Shown: positions 38,901 to 46,300, numbered from the stretch's first letter. The stretch is DNA of 64,000 bases from Lentisphaerae bacterium GWF2_57_35 (GCA_001804865.1 MHBK01000045.1:43946-107945); one strand, 5' to 3'. The notes: generated by a model from the sequence alone, not told the origin. A program made the numbers and translations.

Positions 38901-39957
38901 CGCCGCCCGTCACGACGATCCGCGAGTCCGCGCCGAGCGCGATATCCCCGGGCCATACGGTCCGGGCCGTCGAGGTCTTGCGCAGGGCGCCGGCCGCTGC
39001 GTTGGTCCCCGTGCCGAAAAGGTTCAGCGTTGAGGGACGCAGGGTCTCCGCGCCGTAGTTAAGATCCAGCGTCGCATTGGTGCCCACATTCACCAGGCCG
39101 CCGGCGCCCATCGCGTTGGTGTGCCCGCCGAGTTGCACGCGCCCTTTCTCGACCCAGATGGCGCCGGTAAAAGTGTTGTCGTTGGTCAGGATGACCAAGC
39201 TGCTCTGTTTGACGGCCACGCCGCCGCCTTGATCGAGCACGCCGCCGAGGGTCAGGGTTTTGCTGTTGTCGCCCCAAACGTCCAGCCAGTTGCCGTTGTT
39301 CCAAATTGTGGCGTTGAAGGTCAGATCGCCGTTCACGGGATTGAGCTGGGAAGCCGTCTGCAGAGCGATCGGCACATTGAACGTCTGGGCCGCCGATACG
39401 TTGTTTTCGATTTTAGCGCCGGCATTATACAGGTTAATGCCATTGCCGCCGTCCATCGTGCGGGCGCCGGTGGAGTCTTCGAACAAAATCTGGTTGACGC
39501 TGTACCAACTCGTATTCAGCGTCATGGAGACTTGATTGTTGTTGTTAAAATGAACGATATGATTGCCATAGCAATCCGGACGGCCGCGCGCATTGTTCGG
39601 CTCCCAGCCGTTGTACCACCAGGGACTGGCGGGCGTGCCCATATCGCTGCATCCCTGGCTGGAATCCCAATACAAATCGGTCCAATCGCTCCGCCAATAG
39701 ACGTCCACGCCCTTCGCCACGGGAAGCCCCATGAGCGCCACCCAACTTAGAAGACCCCACACGGCCAGGTTGCATTTAGTTCCCAGTCTGCGCTCACGTG
39801 AACCGGAATTTCTCCCAACGATTGAAAAAGAGTCCATATATTTTTCCAATGGTTGGAGTACGTCAGGCGGAAATCGTCTTAATCCACTTTTACGAACAGA
39901 ACACACGCTCCCCCCTGCGTTATGGTGGATACGACGCCAACCTACATAACAAAGCAT
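20938..39957 (-). CDS. giant (~6300 aa) secreted adhesin-like protein: PATR beta-strand repeats, CBM-like/LamG-like beta-sandwiches, ~10 cadherin-like modules (DxDxDR ... DDDxxxP), FN3-like domains
   Basis: 19-kb ORF with no stops. A probable signal peptide MDSFSIVGRN...LAVWGLLSWVALMGLPVAKG starts at the internal ATG 39837; the first 40 codons from 39957 are Arg-rich. The N-terminal third carries GTLTLNN / GTGTLTLTGANTHGGNTTVSAGTL PATR motifs. The middle carries NPGFEE / NPSFE / NSSFE / NASFE CBM-like starts. aa ~3550-5880 carry repeated ...DADNDR..(20 aa)..DDDTNAP... cadherin-like linker motifs. The C-terminus is FN3-like (SEYRVSTNT..., SWRSYKIYYTDDNTAPT). Confidence 0.9.
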   Translation of the reverse strand: MLCYVGWRRIHHNAGGSVCSVRKSGLRRFPPDVLQPLEKYMDSFSIVGRNSGSRERRLGTKCNLAVWGLLSWVALMGLPVAKGVDVYWRSDWTDLYWDSSQGCSDMGTPASPWWYNGWEPNNARGRPDCYGNHIVHFNNNNQVSMTLNTSWYSVNQILFEDSTGARTMDGGNGINLYNAGAKIENNVSAAQTFNVPIALQTASQLNPVNGDLTFNATIWNNGNWLDVWGDNSKTLTLGGVLDQGGGVAVKQSSLVILTNDNTFTGAIWVEKGRVQLGGHTNAMGAGGLVNVGTNATLDLNYGAETLRPSTLNLFGTGTNAAAGALRKTSTARTVWPGDIALGADSRIVVTGGGLDTRGAVAAGAYTLYVTNTIDVYMTAGAMTGSKTAGDGALHKSGSAVFTLRPDPSLDGGITLNQGTIRIATGTMGGGGAFSMADGTTIQSDGADGRTLSKPMTINGQITLGAASSYNGALSLTNAVSLGGGLRTIRCDNTNTVSGEISNGGLIKDGVGMLILSGLNNYDSVAIVSNGVLRIAHQWGLGWINGDTEVRSGAALELIGGISPSGDESLTLDGAGQSNGGALRNISGNNTFAGPITLSSAVRINSDSGTLQLGADADISGAGLGLTVGGAGTVDIWGDLPTGAATLTKDGPGTLTLNNMSATRTWSGATAISEGLLQLTAPNGLSDNSAVTVSSGATLDLAAGSDTVGSIAGDGSITMGNSTLTAGGDNSSTAFGGVMSGAGGVLVKQGTGTLTLTGANTHGGNTTVSAGTLIQNGTNANSAVTVNSGAFLYGSGQVAALTLAGEASAGSASNTVGNLVAAAVNLQNNGRLQVDLSAMTGTAGTDWDLVDATGDIAVNAADGSDFVVALKGNPTFDSSVGYTNTIISSASNSGFATNKFTIDTDEFTPALDGGTFIVNESEGNLRIVFAPYVETVQAVWDGGGADSLWDTVMNWMGDEVPPASSNILFYTGIASGANIYLNGDRTVAGLTFNDNADSAVTISSNTLTINGQGIAMAAGADGAHVIASDVSLGSDQSWTNDSTAALKVSGVISGTHSLTKQGSGVLELLSANVYEGATLVQAGTLRLGGEVGIVTVSNSSFEVPPQTASPFYTTVAPVGYGWTFSSAWAGIARNSSPWYTPAAPDGIQGAFFKRACNISQVVTSSAPGQYAITFSSVSRGGGLGPNQMKLQVDGSEILAWAPPSSVAWSSYTGTVYLANAGAHTITILGTNNVADRTSCIDNVLISFLRLVNGLPTNTPVSIAGGAVLDLNGVVQTVASLADYGGSGGVVNNNATAASVTLTLSALSGTTTFSGVIADGVSSVGLMKLGESTQIFTGTSTNTGATTVGGGVLIQNGTNASSAVTVNGGAFLYGVGRVGNLTITGQVSAGRASNTAGKLTAGAVNLQNNGILQVDISSMTGTAGADWDLLDAGGAVAINAVDGSDFVIALKGSPVFDATVGYTNTLVVASGSISGFASNKFSISTADFASSLDGGQFTMIEESGSLKLVFSPPPPAQAIWDGEGVNSLWDTPENWIGNVTPAASSNAAFYASLASGTNINLNGDRTVAGLTFNDDADTALNIRSNTLTINEQGIVVDSGAGAAHTIGANVVLGATQAWRNASAQSLTVSAPISGAGGLRKQGAGPVRLMKPGAYTGGLWVDEGTLYCHTNGYGPNVVNIGTNAQLELFNSGAAYSGVGPVSILVYGTNTMNRGAVRLANNNAARWYGNVSLFTNAMFRVDGVTVYMNGGSFDLNGHTLYLNSENSFAMETATVIADAYKTDGDGAIYKTGAGYLQIYGYSTLVGSIHIVQGSLGHYDSAALPVGGVLILEDGVIYRARGSGAALNCDKAVQINGNIQLGGSNPGVTVLNGPVDLHGGFRTITAAKDVTIKNSITNGGLGKAGTAWMWFLGTNTYEGGAIVSAGILYSGTCGLPGWITNNSILSIWQVEPGTLAGPLSGSGAVWKEAAGEAVFSGSNNYSGITSIKGGVLTLTHPSALGLTSSGTVVTNGCSLKMGGGMVTLPEPLTLRGDGYGNIGALVNAFGNNLFSGPIALTAHTRIGSQADMLTLTNTITGYGFNLESCGNGTVRIESSLSWLSTGAVSKIDAGILILSGTSTNSGGTTITAGTLIQNGTNIVAPVTVSAGGTLMGAGQAAAVTASGTVWPGASATDIGCLHAASLTMNNGSAFRFKLGDCTDATDRDFILNDGAASIAATVKVYPDSSAASNWDSNQSYSWILIQGGVSSLDNLALDLTYWALPRGGGTFSLALDGSNLVLNYTPGTGPDIMVLGTNGASIFRGDATPSEADGTDYGALHVDLGGSLTRTFTVTNQGDEALTLAAVAMGGAHAADFTVTEQPAASVAISSTTTFQVRFDPSAVGPRSATLYITNNVTDMSPYTLALQGVGDWPGIQMPTSIVQSCMLGLAVPTSSFAVTNVGYGTLSYAVTTNATWLTVSPVTGLLSRLAGQQHTVSYQVSGMAAGSYTGLITVTDAAASNSPRTAAVVLTLTSPPEPNSASVVGDGNELTRLTWNPNSTYTNLMIVHRAGAPLTAPTPGQAYGVGDACGGGEVLWTGASGFANYEHVVAPGQTHYYMFYTVVSSYYSAGLPRQVALDAYDAVVTEPFAYTNGVSLAGLNSAGNWADAWSVANGAWSITNLSASPGFPNMPWYPSNRANRVRVSAPDEGTESSAVRHFAPVSGGSLYVSALMTYQYKGVQKWAGIELVNNADSKAFVGKPWNASLESRFGLEAESSQTLSADYELVPNAGTGGDTGNVYLVIMKYNFSTRELSALAYYRTNQVPANEPSWAVSRTLSEGYLTTANGVRLKAGSSGGCGTVGDVQFDEIRVATSWEGVCNPPRKVIYDWFPSASGRLYLQGGGYGWGANTWQCDNDDNHIYDSGSFGANQWSCPTPQGHKIKLVATVNGSGHYASRAFETNFTSGKVYFSWMQNFDHAGGANSAYAGLYLMSNNQEKAFIGKVPGAAVMGLRWMGGTPDTNSAHEVSNGTGHDYLFVGCYDFDTRRLSANVYATNECVAEEPNGYWDVTTTLEEGHIDRITGIRLKGGVDSDNDNMIGNVYFDEVRVGTNWYEVTRREGEAQADAMIQGPIPRLLYVGTNYVAANNPQGSLTDITITDGQLYNTAEPLDFAVLWENVYGIWVTNANGALNISSRNGPVSPNWDPIRKAGSVSTEIGYDAFFTNFVGANGANTVTTYVHSAFNITNAVVNDTFYLSVTAENLNDDGGSFNAPNGADAVPYRRALSVNTTLQFYVQDDDDARPLMGDELLAIYRGNVRIGTNALATNLIANWNFNASNTVLSRGVGSMTYTCDAIAWYNGTTLNRVGSDVLGEAFGLYGNTINYKHFQFEISMGGHRDLVVSYALKGTESAATNQQWSWSCDGSNFTHHTTIPKEITTQTAWSVQTIDFSNVPRLNGATSVFIRCTLMGAATSGHNIFDNVQLNARKLVYELSDAELVGISEATPLRFVFAAYDEYSGLARGTTDADTNTSISIENVTDRNVTDFRAAYSSSTTTGLDATNAWQFTSMSSATLDNLLAAVSNEVWIYLRDADFDRVGDQIERAFMVGWLKVTDNDPFPPETGTLQPGNLLRNPGFEESINDALTPKYWETIGTSFDGESPFLHGGKWGSASRRDWPTDWGNQLGALCGTWAGAGDSGGFWQEATNNCGAGAVFEASAMIYNNATDTGHGLKIEFYDGTRVNQLAAYTNQFADPGATWTLASMTATSPANTAWIRWVIYAEGLGGSGAYSIDQTCLRVVTNAAMDIVHRGRSFYTSGSGTNALFVATDGDLAATASTDLFKFVFAAWDSNSVQRSAASEWMNYDLGGLGEFQNLYNTYRADLSSADTTGSSATSVFSHVYFTATYLSAPGAETGQIHQLLTAGEFPVSVSGPDADADRPGDEAWMVNRQFGRMQVVDDDTNGPRSWLIYAGSNYVAGQTYTNTIYDDALTDGLDIVYQTFDPSGVFLTNQVADATNADSSAGGNVNLNWDLVNPAGEDLLTDVLVSPENIHSLSGNGSLYATTTLFDVQIPFAARTVGVWRIQTSSQDADNDRGVYGDTVDGLAHQVSFDRAFQLNDWLQFNVIDDDSNYPTFYATNLLINPSFEINDIFYTTNPVHTRSNWVSSTGRVLWQGGGAPGGGAHCLRIYTEAETYETIWRPIPATEGKWYTFSIMSMRNQEAPCSWLCTYLKLECYDSTNLYYGNQLLTNQVDLSAIVTTSWRRLTHSIYTPPGTKSVRACFGYSVDYPTHLEGPEGYYIYWDDAFVGESVDLCDVRIGTSSVPTSVDGMYIRGTETFTNTIFYLSDESLYRVASTNPLHIRLGVLDADNRGRSGLLRGTTDPAAEMNLSIEGLCTNNVANFCPNKSSPFEETKTVLSSNVWEFDSFSVDQINALLSLGSVKIVATVRDADADRPADQLALSNQQFGVLSFADDDTTAPVISSLDVSGSSLYKSGTLLFYDFGSETLTTNPTFALERLDPAPIWFHDWAPDILTGVAGNPGRAAQASAGWMHWGGGVSYFMGRFAMDAGFSLNLTNVSFDYHTPIVDLWSFRVGLAFLVDTNPPVRLATNDLWATMNKPLDSAPFTGNSTWRLAGIADAAAEWPWTIDNVRFQGTVGPIKGLGYIGDGDLAEGTCVITGLVRDVGNGLLSISEPLGPRVNIFFPDGSQLFTNQAFTTGPTVNGQGQTAMPLAVALPAVNRAAIALGSYTGSVSVTDNDWDRPGDEQSTNVPLSFTVFDDDLSEPRYGTAFQFLTNLSGSAHLFGAMAPFVGDDFPQGAGSQSNRVWYVTDKHMVHAATTNVELHFNLYDLSGCALSSETGGSNMTVSVENYVTDNYANYNAGRSSLDNANNLFATSVWAFASFSDVQIAALMETTSRVSISVTDRDTDRPDDSLGRTDWQLGYIAWRDNDPTAPALQTLRNTNASLLVWLGGTSLQTAASSLWIPPTPQTNIVSSNQIFQITDGQLAGVSETNLLQFRFHTYDLGRDNILGLQRGTTFTANVNGHTLTNTHMSVGATITNNTANFRGSVDWSSPYEHTKDALLSPTSTWVYTSFTYDQVGELLSVLPVQSNQITLAVYDADNDRNLDQASAVLEAGWLAVSDDDASAPVVGSCGGTRLKNSSFELMGGTAYKAYGWDYGFPDESGNWWGTATRENWRARSGAYEMSLNAWSPGTNAGIWQQAANTSPDGTLWNGSAWFWSDNGVGGGPGLYVFTAVVCEVKIEFFDAGFTMIDSAAQSFTPPGEVWTQVSLSKTSPVGTAWARLVVAASGMGSAGTAQGGGLQIDDVMFGPTPPLAVKVGEVYIEASDASTNAVFTIFDSQLGTNSLSLLFGGYDPDSGLARGASSATTQMNVTVEGFAANNVANYSAADSTADSTSDGAASVWKWTLSGAEINDLIAAGPMRILATLYDADNDRAGDYLVATNKQYGYLRIIDDDTNAPAASELHIKNGQQMTDSDIRFGLWNINMVLADESEVALSTEGEYFAANYSLINAVGAMVHTAVGWTYTDRVGASNIWTVGRAAPGVGYADVTTGLYSFVWSATDKDSDRASDRLQTLNSTNILYSTNTFLVVDDDVVEPTTPSNIVMTPYGWTNVNHFVLAFDPSLDASGISEYRVSTNTAEPSLTIDGEPLAATYVTNYLPTLISNASFEVGSDELSIPADPDSVNNWRSFVSDGGYLNFADEAGGQEGTLATRHIIAAGTRADGSPRYTLCSQDIYLNNSNRLRPFISFSGWFKGDLSRVGVGNNYAAGFLKAEGFNAISVRTWIVENEWDDDHNGSPLVGVNAAVWTQALMTVTNATADTEFIRLSCGISGHNSQMPSTGYWDHLSVTVSVQSIGGVIYTNAPNGITTNWFFAVDDDDDRLSDRLKSPNTNFVIMYDGVAPTQIMNVVVAPGSFDDTSEIDLTWSRPNNGGGVGADPLSPWRSYKIYYTDDNTAPTTNSPHFTFEDNPALSNRLTEAITLSNFVFGIDYNVAIAGVDAAGNEGPMSDPHNVLLSGFFVTQGVAVATTDLGRAEIAWTAAEGREYDLIYTDASDFSAALSNRWQLAGRGVTCMLCDTGDVDAGRSPPRMLGNNMRFYRAAQKDRWMTNQWRRVASEGIYALKAIHLKPGFNWVSFPGVPDTCTAFRVFGHNLPSGESELLSTRVSWHKRGSIATATQTIWLSSSPLQWQSGDENADDMLVPLNEGVVIEIPEDATAQTSLFIGRIPTNTQEQLIKGGTMASPAYNLVSFGLPRNVHPSQMNLLESGFKGGLRPSHSDKLLKYDRANQQVSGAGIWYKTSDMTWREASGVNGAIVGYNCFTPDDGIVIAATHTNDWVWTNKLIYTLPTRFMSP
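35152..36213 (-). repeat. copy 2 of a ~1.74-kb in-frame tandem duplication inside the PATR region of the 19-kb gene (partner 36889-37950)
   Basis: The peptides QNGTNASSAVTVNGGAFLYGVGRVGNLTITGQVSAGRASNT...LQNNGILQVD and QNGTNANSAVTVNSGAFLYGSGQVAALTLAGEASAGSASNT...LQNNGRLQVD are encoded 1737 bp apart. The antisense shadow ORFs 35152-36213 and 36889-38214 are paralogous. Confidence 0.8.
36889..37950 (-). repeat. copy 1 of the ~1.74-kb internal tandem duplication (partner 35152-36213)
   Basis: See partner copy. Offset is 1737 bp (579 codons), in frame. Confidence 0.8.
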
Positions 39958-40140
39958 TAGTCGTAGAAAAATCCGGCTTCGTTACCTTGAGCAAAAAAAA
40001 GTTTGGAGAGGAACGGATTCGCATATTTGCGAAAATTGTTTTTGACGTAGAGGGCGGATTTTCCAGTTGTTAGCCCATATAGTGCATGAGCTGTGTGGAA
40101 AAGGAGAAGTCGGCTCGTAAACGCGGAAAGGGCTTTCGAC

Positions 40141-40243
40141 GGACCGCCGCGGAACAACGGGCTTATGAAGCGGGTCGGCAGCGTATAGATCAACTGGGCA
40201 GCCCGAACGAGACCAGATTATACGCAGGACTGGCCATCGATCA
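40141..40243 (-). pseudogene. degenerate fragment of the 3' end of the 19-kb gene (3' UTR plus last 13 codons fused to a 51-bp patch from 260 bp further upstream), located just upstream of that gene's own start
   Basis: 40141-40192 nearly matches 20925-20976 (..cgggctYatgaagcgggtcggcagcgtatagatcaa; encodes IYTLPTRF[M/I]SP with the stop TAG changed to TTG). 40193-40243 nearly matches 21238-21288 (ctgggcagcccgaacgagaccagattatacgcRggactggccatcg). Confidence 0.75.
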
Positions 40244-40316
40244 TACCGGGTGCATCCGGACACTGCCGCAGATTTCTGTTTCCAACCCAAAGGAACTGCT
40301 GCTTACGGACGGCTAG

Positions 40317-43300
40317 TTACGGTACGCGAATGCGGAAATACCCTTCAACCGCCTCCACCCCCAGCGTGACTACATTGTCCACCGGGGTGGGAGGCGCATT
40401 CGTACAGATAACTCTCCAAGCCCCCTCCAAGTCTTCGTTCCGCTCCAGATACTGCAAAACCCCCGTCCCTCCCTGCCAATAAATCAAGCCGGCACTGCTT
40501 TCCGTGCGTATCTGGCCCAGCCGCAAACAAGACGTTGCGTTGGTTGGATTCGTATCGACCCGGAATTCCTGCCAGGAGAAAAGACCGTCAGAATCGGCAT
40601 CCGCTTCGACGTCCGCCTCAAAGTTCGTCAGACCGTATCTCGCCAGCCACGCTTCGGGGATGCCGTGGTTGGTCGTCAGATTTGCGGTGAAAGAGGCGCC
40701 GATCGATTTGGGCGAATCCATCCACAGTTCCAAGGGGTTCACGCTTCCCGAAACGTCGCCGGTCCACTGGACGAAGTGACAGTAGGCATCGGCCAAGGCC
40801 GCGATGGACGTCGTTACCCCGGCGGGCTGCCAGCCTGACGGCACATTCACGGCGCCCTGCGCTCCGGCGCCCGTCGCCAGCCAGAAATTGGTGGTCCACA
40901 ACCACGCCAACATCGCGTCGTTGGTTACCGCCATCGTGAATTCCGTCGCAGAACCGGACGCCGGGTCGTGGCCGGTCATGACCCAGCCGCAACTGACGAA
41001 CTGGGTGGCGCCGCGCGTGTCGGGCGTCGTCACGCGATGGGTCACGAGGGTCTCCTCGACCAGCAGATGGGCGCCCGTGGAAAGCTCGGACGAACCGTAA
41101 CAGGACTCGACCGAAACCGTATACAATCCATAGACGCGGAAGAGGTTGGTGATCGTCGGAGCCGGGAACCAGTTCTCGTTGCCGGTCTGCGCGGCGGCGA
41201 TGGAGACATAGCCGCGCTGGGTGAAGGAAAGCAAGGTCGTGTCTTCGATCGACGCGGGACCGGATTCGATGGTGTAATCGATCTTGAAGTTGGAATCGGC
41301 CGAGGCCGCCAGCCGAACCGTGTTGGTGACCACCTGGTTCCCCGGCGTGGGGAAGGCAATGGCCTGTTCGGCCCGCTGAACGATCAGAGTCGAGGCCGCC
41401 ATGCCCATGCTGTCGAGCTCCGTGACGGCGCCGGTGACGACATAGACGCCGGCCTCGACAGGCACGTTCGTCTGGCCATTGTACGTGAACCCAACATTCA
41501 ACCCGGAAGGATCCGTCGTTGCCGTCACATAGCGGGGATAGCGGTTATAGAGCTGGACCAGGTTGTCCAGATAGACCGTCGCACTGCTCCGATAGCGATA
41601 GGCGTTGGATTTGACCGTTTCGCCATAACCGGCGGAATACACCCGCACATCTCCCAGCCCCACGGAACCGGCAGCGGTCTGCACAACCACTTGGGTAGAA
41701 CACTGGCTGATCACGCTCGCGACCGGAGCGCCGCAGAACGTCACGTTCGTAATGTCGGTCCCATTGCCCAGGTTTTCCCCGTCGATGACCACGGCCGCGC
41801 CGCCTTCGACCGGACCGTTGGTCGGATTCACGCCGAAGCGATATTGCACCCAGGCCGGCGACCATCGGGCGGAATTGGTCATGGCGATAAGGCCCGACTG
41901 GGTGAAATCGCCGCCCGCGAAGACCTGGCCGTCGGGTCCGAATTCCAAGGCTCTGACGACCGGCGATGAAAGCTTGGTCAATCCTTGTCCAAGGCCACTC
42001 CAGGACGATCCATTCCAATAGGCCACGCAAGACACCACGACTCCTCCGGCCGCATAGAAAGCGCCTCCTGCATACAACCCGTCTTTTCCGGCTGTCTTCA
42101 GTGCATAGACGGTACTGCCCATGCCTCCTCCCACGGAAGACCAAGACGTGCCGTTCCACTTGGCCAGGCGGTTCACGGTTGAACCGCCGGCGAAAGAAAA
42201 GGAACCGCCCACGTAGAGTTCGCCGCGCTGCCCCAGCGCCAACGCGTAAGCCGTGCTGCTTAAGCCCGACCCCAGATTGGTCCACGAGCTTCCGTTCCAG
42301 TAAGCCACGCGATTGGCGGCCTGGCTTCCCGCATTCGTGAAGTCCCCCGCAGCATACAGGCCGCCGTTCGTATCGAGCGCGAGGGCTAAAACCGTAGCCC
42401 CCAGGCCAGCTCCCAAATTCGTCCAGACCGCTCCATTCCAGAAGGCGACCCGATTGGCCGGCATACCGCCCGCCGTCGTGAAAGCTCCCCCGGCATAAAC
42501 GTGCCCGTTGGAGTCAACCGCCAGCGCGGCGACGGAGGCGTTCATTCCACTACCCATCGCCGTCCAGGCCCCTCCCGTCCAACAGGCGATATAATCGGTC
42601 AAAAAGCCCATCCCCGTTGTGAATCCTCCCCCGGCATACAGAACACCGCCGCCGACCGAGGCAATGGCATTAAGCAAGCTGAGGCCCGGACAGGCATTCG
42701 TCCAGGACGTTCCCATCCAGCGCATCACCCCACTGCCCGAATACGATCCGGCATATAACGATCCATCCACCGGATCGATCGTGAACGAGTATACGGTGGA
42801 ATTGATGCCCATCATATTGGTCCAGGCATAAGGGCCGTAGTCCGTGCGGCCGATCGTCCCGTTCGGGTTGTACGTGTAAGCGTCTTCGAGCAGCGTGTTG
42901 CCTTGAAGGACGGATTGAACGACTACGTCAACCGCCCCGGGGTCGTGACCGGGCACGCTGAATTCCACCCAATTTTCGCCGGACGCTTGAATGGCCGCGT
43001 TCTGTCCGCCGATCACTACATTGGTGATCGCGTCTCCGCCGGGCAGGACCAGATTGGTAACGATCAGGCTGTTGCCTCCGGCCTCCGGCCCGGCCGATAC
43101 GCTCAAATCGAATCGCCCCCAACCGGCCAGATTCACCGTGTAGTTGGTGAAGTCGTTCAAGAGGGACACGACGGCGCTTTGAGCGCCTCCCGCCACAGGA
43201 CTGAATACGACCGAGAAGGCGTCCGTTTCTCCCGGCGCAACCGTTGCGGGCCATCCGGAAATACAGAACCGCGCCGCCGCAGCGCCGCTGGTGGAAACGC

Positions 43301-46300
43301 CGGTCATGTGCAAATCGTTGGATTCGATGTTCGTGACGAACAGGATGCTGGTTGCGGACGAGCCCACCTGCACTTCACCGAAGTCGGTGCCCGCCGCCGG
43401 CAGGGCCGGCTCGCCGCTGGGCAGCACGATCAGGCTGTTGGTTCCCAAAACCAGGATGCGCGGTGCGTAGTAGGCGAAAGCATTAGATTTGACGGTATTC
43501 CCATAAGTCGTGGAATAGACGACGACATCCCCCAGCCCGGCCGGCCCGGCATTCGCCTGCACAACGACCTGGGTCGAACACTGGCTCAAGATCCCCGTCG
43601 CCGAAATCCCGCAAAGGGTCACGTTGGTAATGTCCGAACCACTGCCCAAATTCAGGCCCTGGATCGTCACGTTCATGCCGCCCAGGGTCATGACGGAGGC
43701 AGGATGCACCCCCAAGTTGACCACCTGCGCGCTCGCCCACTTGGCAATGCCGCTGGCCGACACAACGCCCGCTGTCCCGAAATTGCCGCCCACCAATAAT
43801 TCACGATCCCCCGTCGCCAGCAGGGCGCTAACCGATCCCCCGCGGACGCCCGAGCCCAAGCCCATCCAGTTGGTCCCGTTCCACGAGGCCATGCCGGCGG
43901 CCGGAGCGGAATCCGCCGTCGTAAACGATCCTCCCGCATAAATCAATCCGTTCGGATGCTCCAACAGCGTATTCACGTAGTTGTTCATACCGACGCTCAT
44001 GCCGCCCCAGGCGCTTCCCGTCCATCGGGCGGCATAACCGCTGACCGTTGTGAAAATCCCGCCTATGGCCAAGACGCCGTTCGTACCGCACATGATATCG
44101 TAGACTGTATTGTTGACGCCGCTGCCGAGGGCATGCCAGGCCGCGCCATCCCAGTAGGCTACGCGCGAGGCCGCCCCTCCGCCCGCCGAAGTAAAACTTC
44201 CCGCCGCATACAGCATGCCGTCAGATCCCCAGGCCAAAGAGTTGACCGGAGCATTCAACCCCGAACCCAGATTGGTCCACACGGTTCCATTCCACATCGC
44301 CACGCGAGTGGCCGGCATCCCGCCCGCCGTGGTGAAGCCCCCGCTCGCATACAATTCCCCGTTGGAACTCAGAGCCAGAGCCGAGGCATAGCTGTTGAGG
44401 CCCGTGCCCAGATTCGTCCACGTCGAGCCATTCCAACAGGCGATGTAATTGGCCGATTTTCCGCCGGCCGTCGTGAAGCTGCCGCCGACATAAAGCAATC
44501 CCCCGGTCGTCGCCAGCAGCGCGCTTACCGAGCCGTTCATGCCCGAGCCCACATTCGTCCAGGCTGTTCCATTCCACCGGGTGATGTGATCGACCCGTGT
44601 CCCGTCTGCATAATAAAAACCGCCGCCGGCATAGATGACGCCATCCGGGGTGCGCGCCAAAGCAACCACCGAATGAGCGCTGCCGGATACCCCAACGCCC
44701 AGGTTGGTCCACCCATAAGGCTCATAGCCGGACCAGCCGATGACGCCGGAAGGCTTGTACTCGTAGACTCGATCCAAAACGAGCTCGCTCGTTCCCTCCG
44801 TTTGCAGCACGATATCCACCCAACCGGCCTCATGCGCCGGCAAGACAATGGACAACCAGTCGTCTCCCTGCCCAACGATCGCCGCCGAAATACCGCCCAC
44901 CCATACATTGGTGACGGTTGACGCCCCGCCAAGAGCCAGATTGGTCAAGGTCAACAGCCCCCCGCCGACGGCAGGCCCGGCGCGAGCGCTCAGGTCATAA
45001 ACGCGACAGCTCAGGTTCAGGATGAAGTTCGTCCCTTCGCATGGGATCGTCAACCAGGCATCCCGCCGGCCCACTTGGGCGCCGGTAAATACCACGGCGA
45101 TGTTGCTGCTTATGTCATGAGACATCGGCCCTTCGGGGATGCCGCCGAAGGAGAAGGAGCTTTGCCCCGGGCCCTCGACCCACGACGTTCCCATGTAAAC
45201 GGTCCGGGCGGCGTCCGCCTTTAAAAGAAACCTGTTGGTCCTGGACTCGCCTTTCAGCACAAGCCCGGCATCCGTGCCAAAGTTCGTCTGGGCTGGGGCG
45301 CCATACGGCACATCCACCCCCGCCTCCGTCTCCACATACAACGCCGGAGGCCGATCCGGATTCGGGCTCGGCAGCAGATCGCCGTTGCCCATGTAGATGG
45401 CGTTGGTCATGCCGCCAGTGCCGGCGCGCGCCAGCGTACCGGTCAAGCGGACATTATCCAGGAAGAAGACATAGGGCATGTTAAAGAGCGTATGCGAGAC
45501 ATTGATCGAGAGTCCGTCGATCAGATTCCAGTGAGCCGCGACCTTCGGCCATGACGGCGGCGTGTTGAACTGGCTGAGACGAAAACTGAAATGCTGAAAA
45601 GCGCCGTTATTCGTATAGCTCGTCGGACGCAAAGTGACGCCGTCGAGACCCGTGCAGACAGCCAGTTCTACAGGGCAAGTAAGCCCTCCCGTGCCGTTGG
45701 TTTTCTGAATGCAGAGGTCAAAGCTGAACCAGATGTTCGAACGCAGGGCCAGGGAGGAGAAGTCTTCAGCCCGATCGAGCGCCCAATGATAGGTATGCCC
45801 GCTGTATGTGAAATAGGACCGGGTGCAAAGATATAGAAATTGCGATTGCCTCCCGTGGGTGCGAGGTTCAAGGCCGATGCCTTCGTCCCACCAGTAAGGC
45901 TTGTCGACGCTGTCCCAAAGCCAGACGAGCATCGGCGCGTCGTTGATGTAACTGGGCTTGATATTCCCGGGGACGCGATCCTCGAAGCTGTCGATCAGAT
46001 CCGACGTGATCGGCTCGGCCACCAGCAGGCTTCTCCACCAGGCATTGGTGGGCATTTCGGCCGGCGTCGTAATGCTGAACATATGCATCCCCGATCCGCT
46101 TCTCGTGACCCAATTGGTCGTCAGCAGAAGATTGGTATGCACATCCAGCAGGTCCAGGACAATTCGATAACTTTGCTGCACCACATCGTCCTCCGACGGC
46201 GGCCATTGATGCTCACGATTCAGCGGACAGGGGCCTTCCTCCGGGAGATACGAGGGAACGTCCTCCCACGTGACGGGAATTTCATACGTGGTATTCGGCG

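Noticed and set aside
39982-40316. ORFs 39982-40290 (-) and 40086-40316 (+) in the spacer between the giant genes
   Set aside because: They are by-products of the degenerate copy of the giant gene's 3' end. Their translations mimic alternate frames of 20849-21300. No start context is present.
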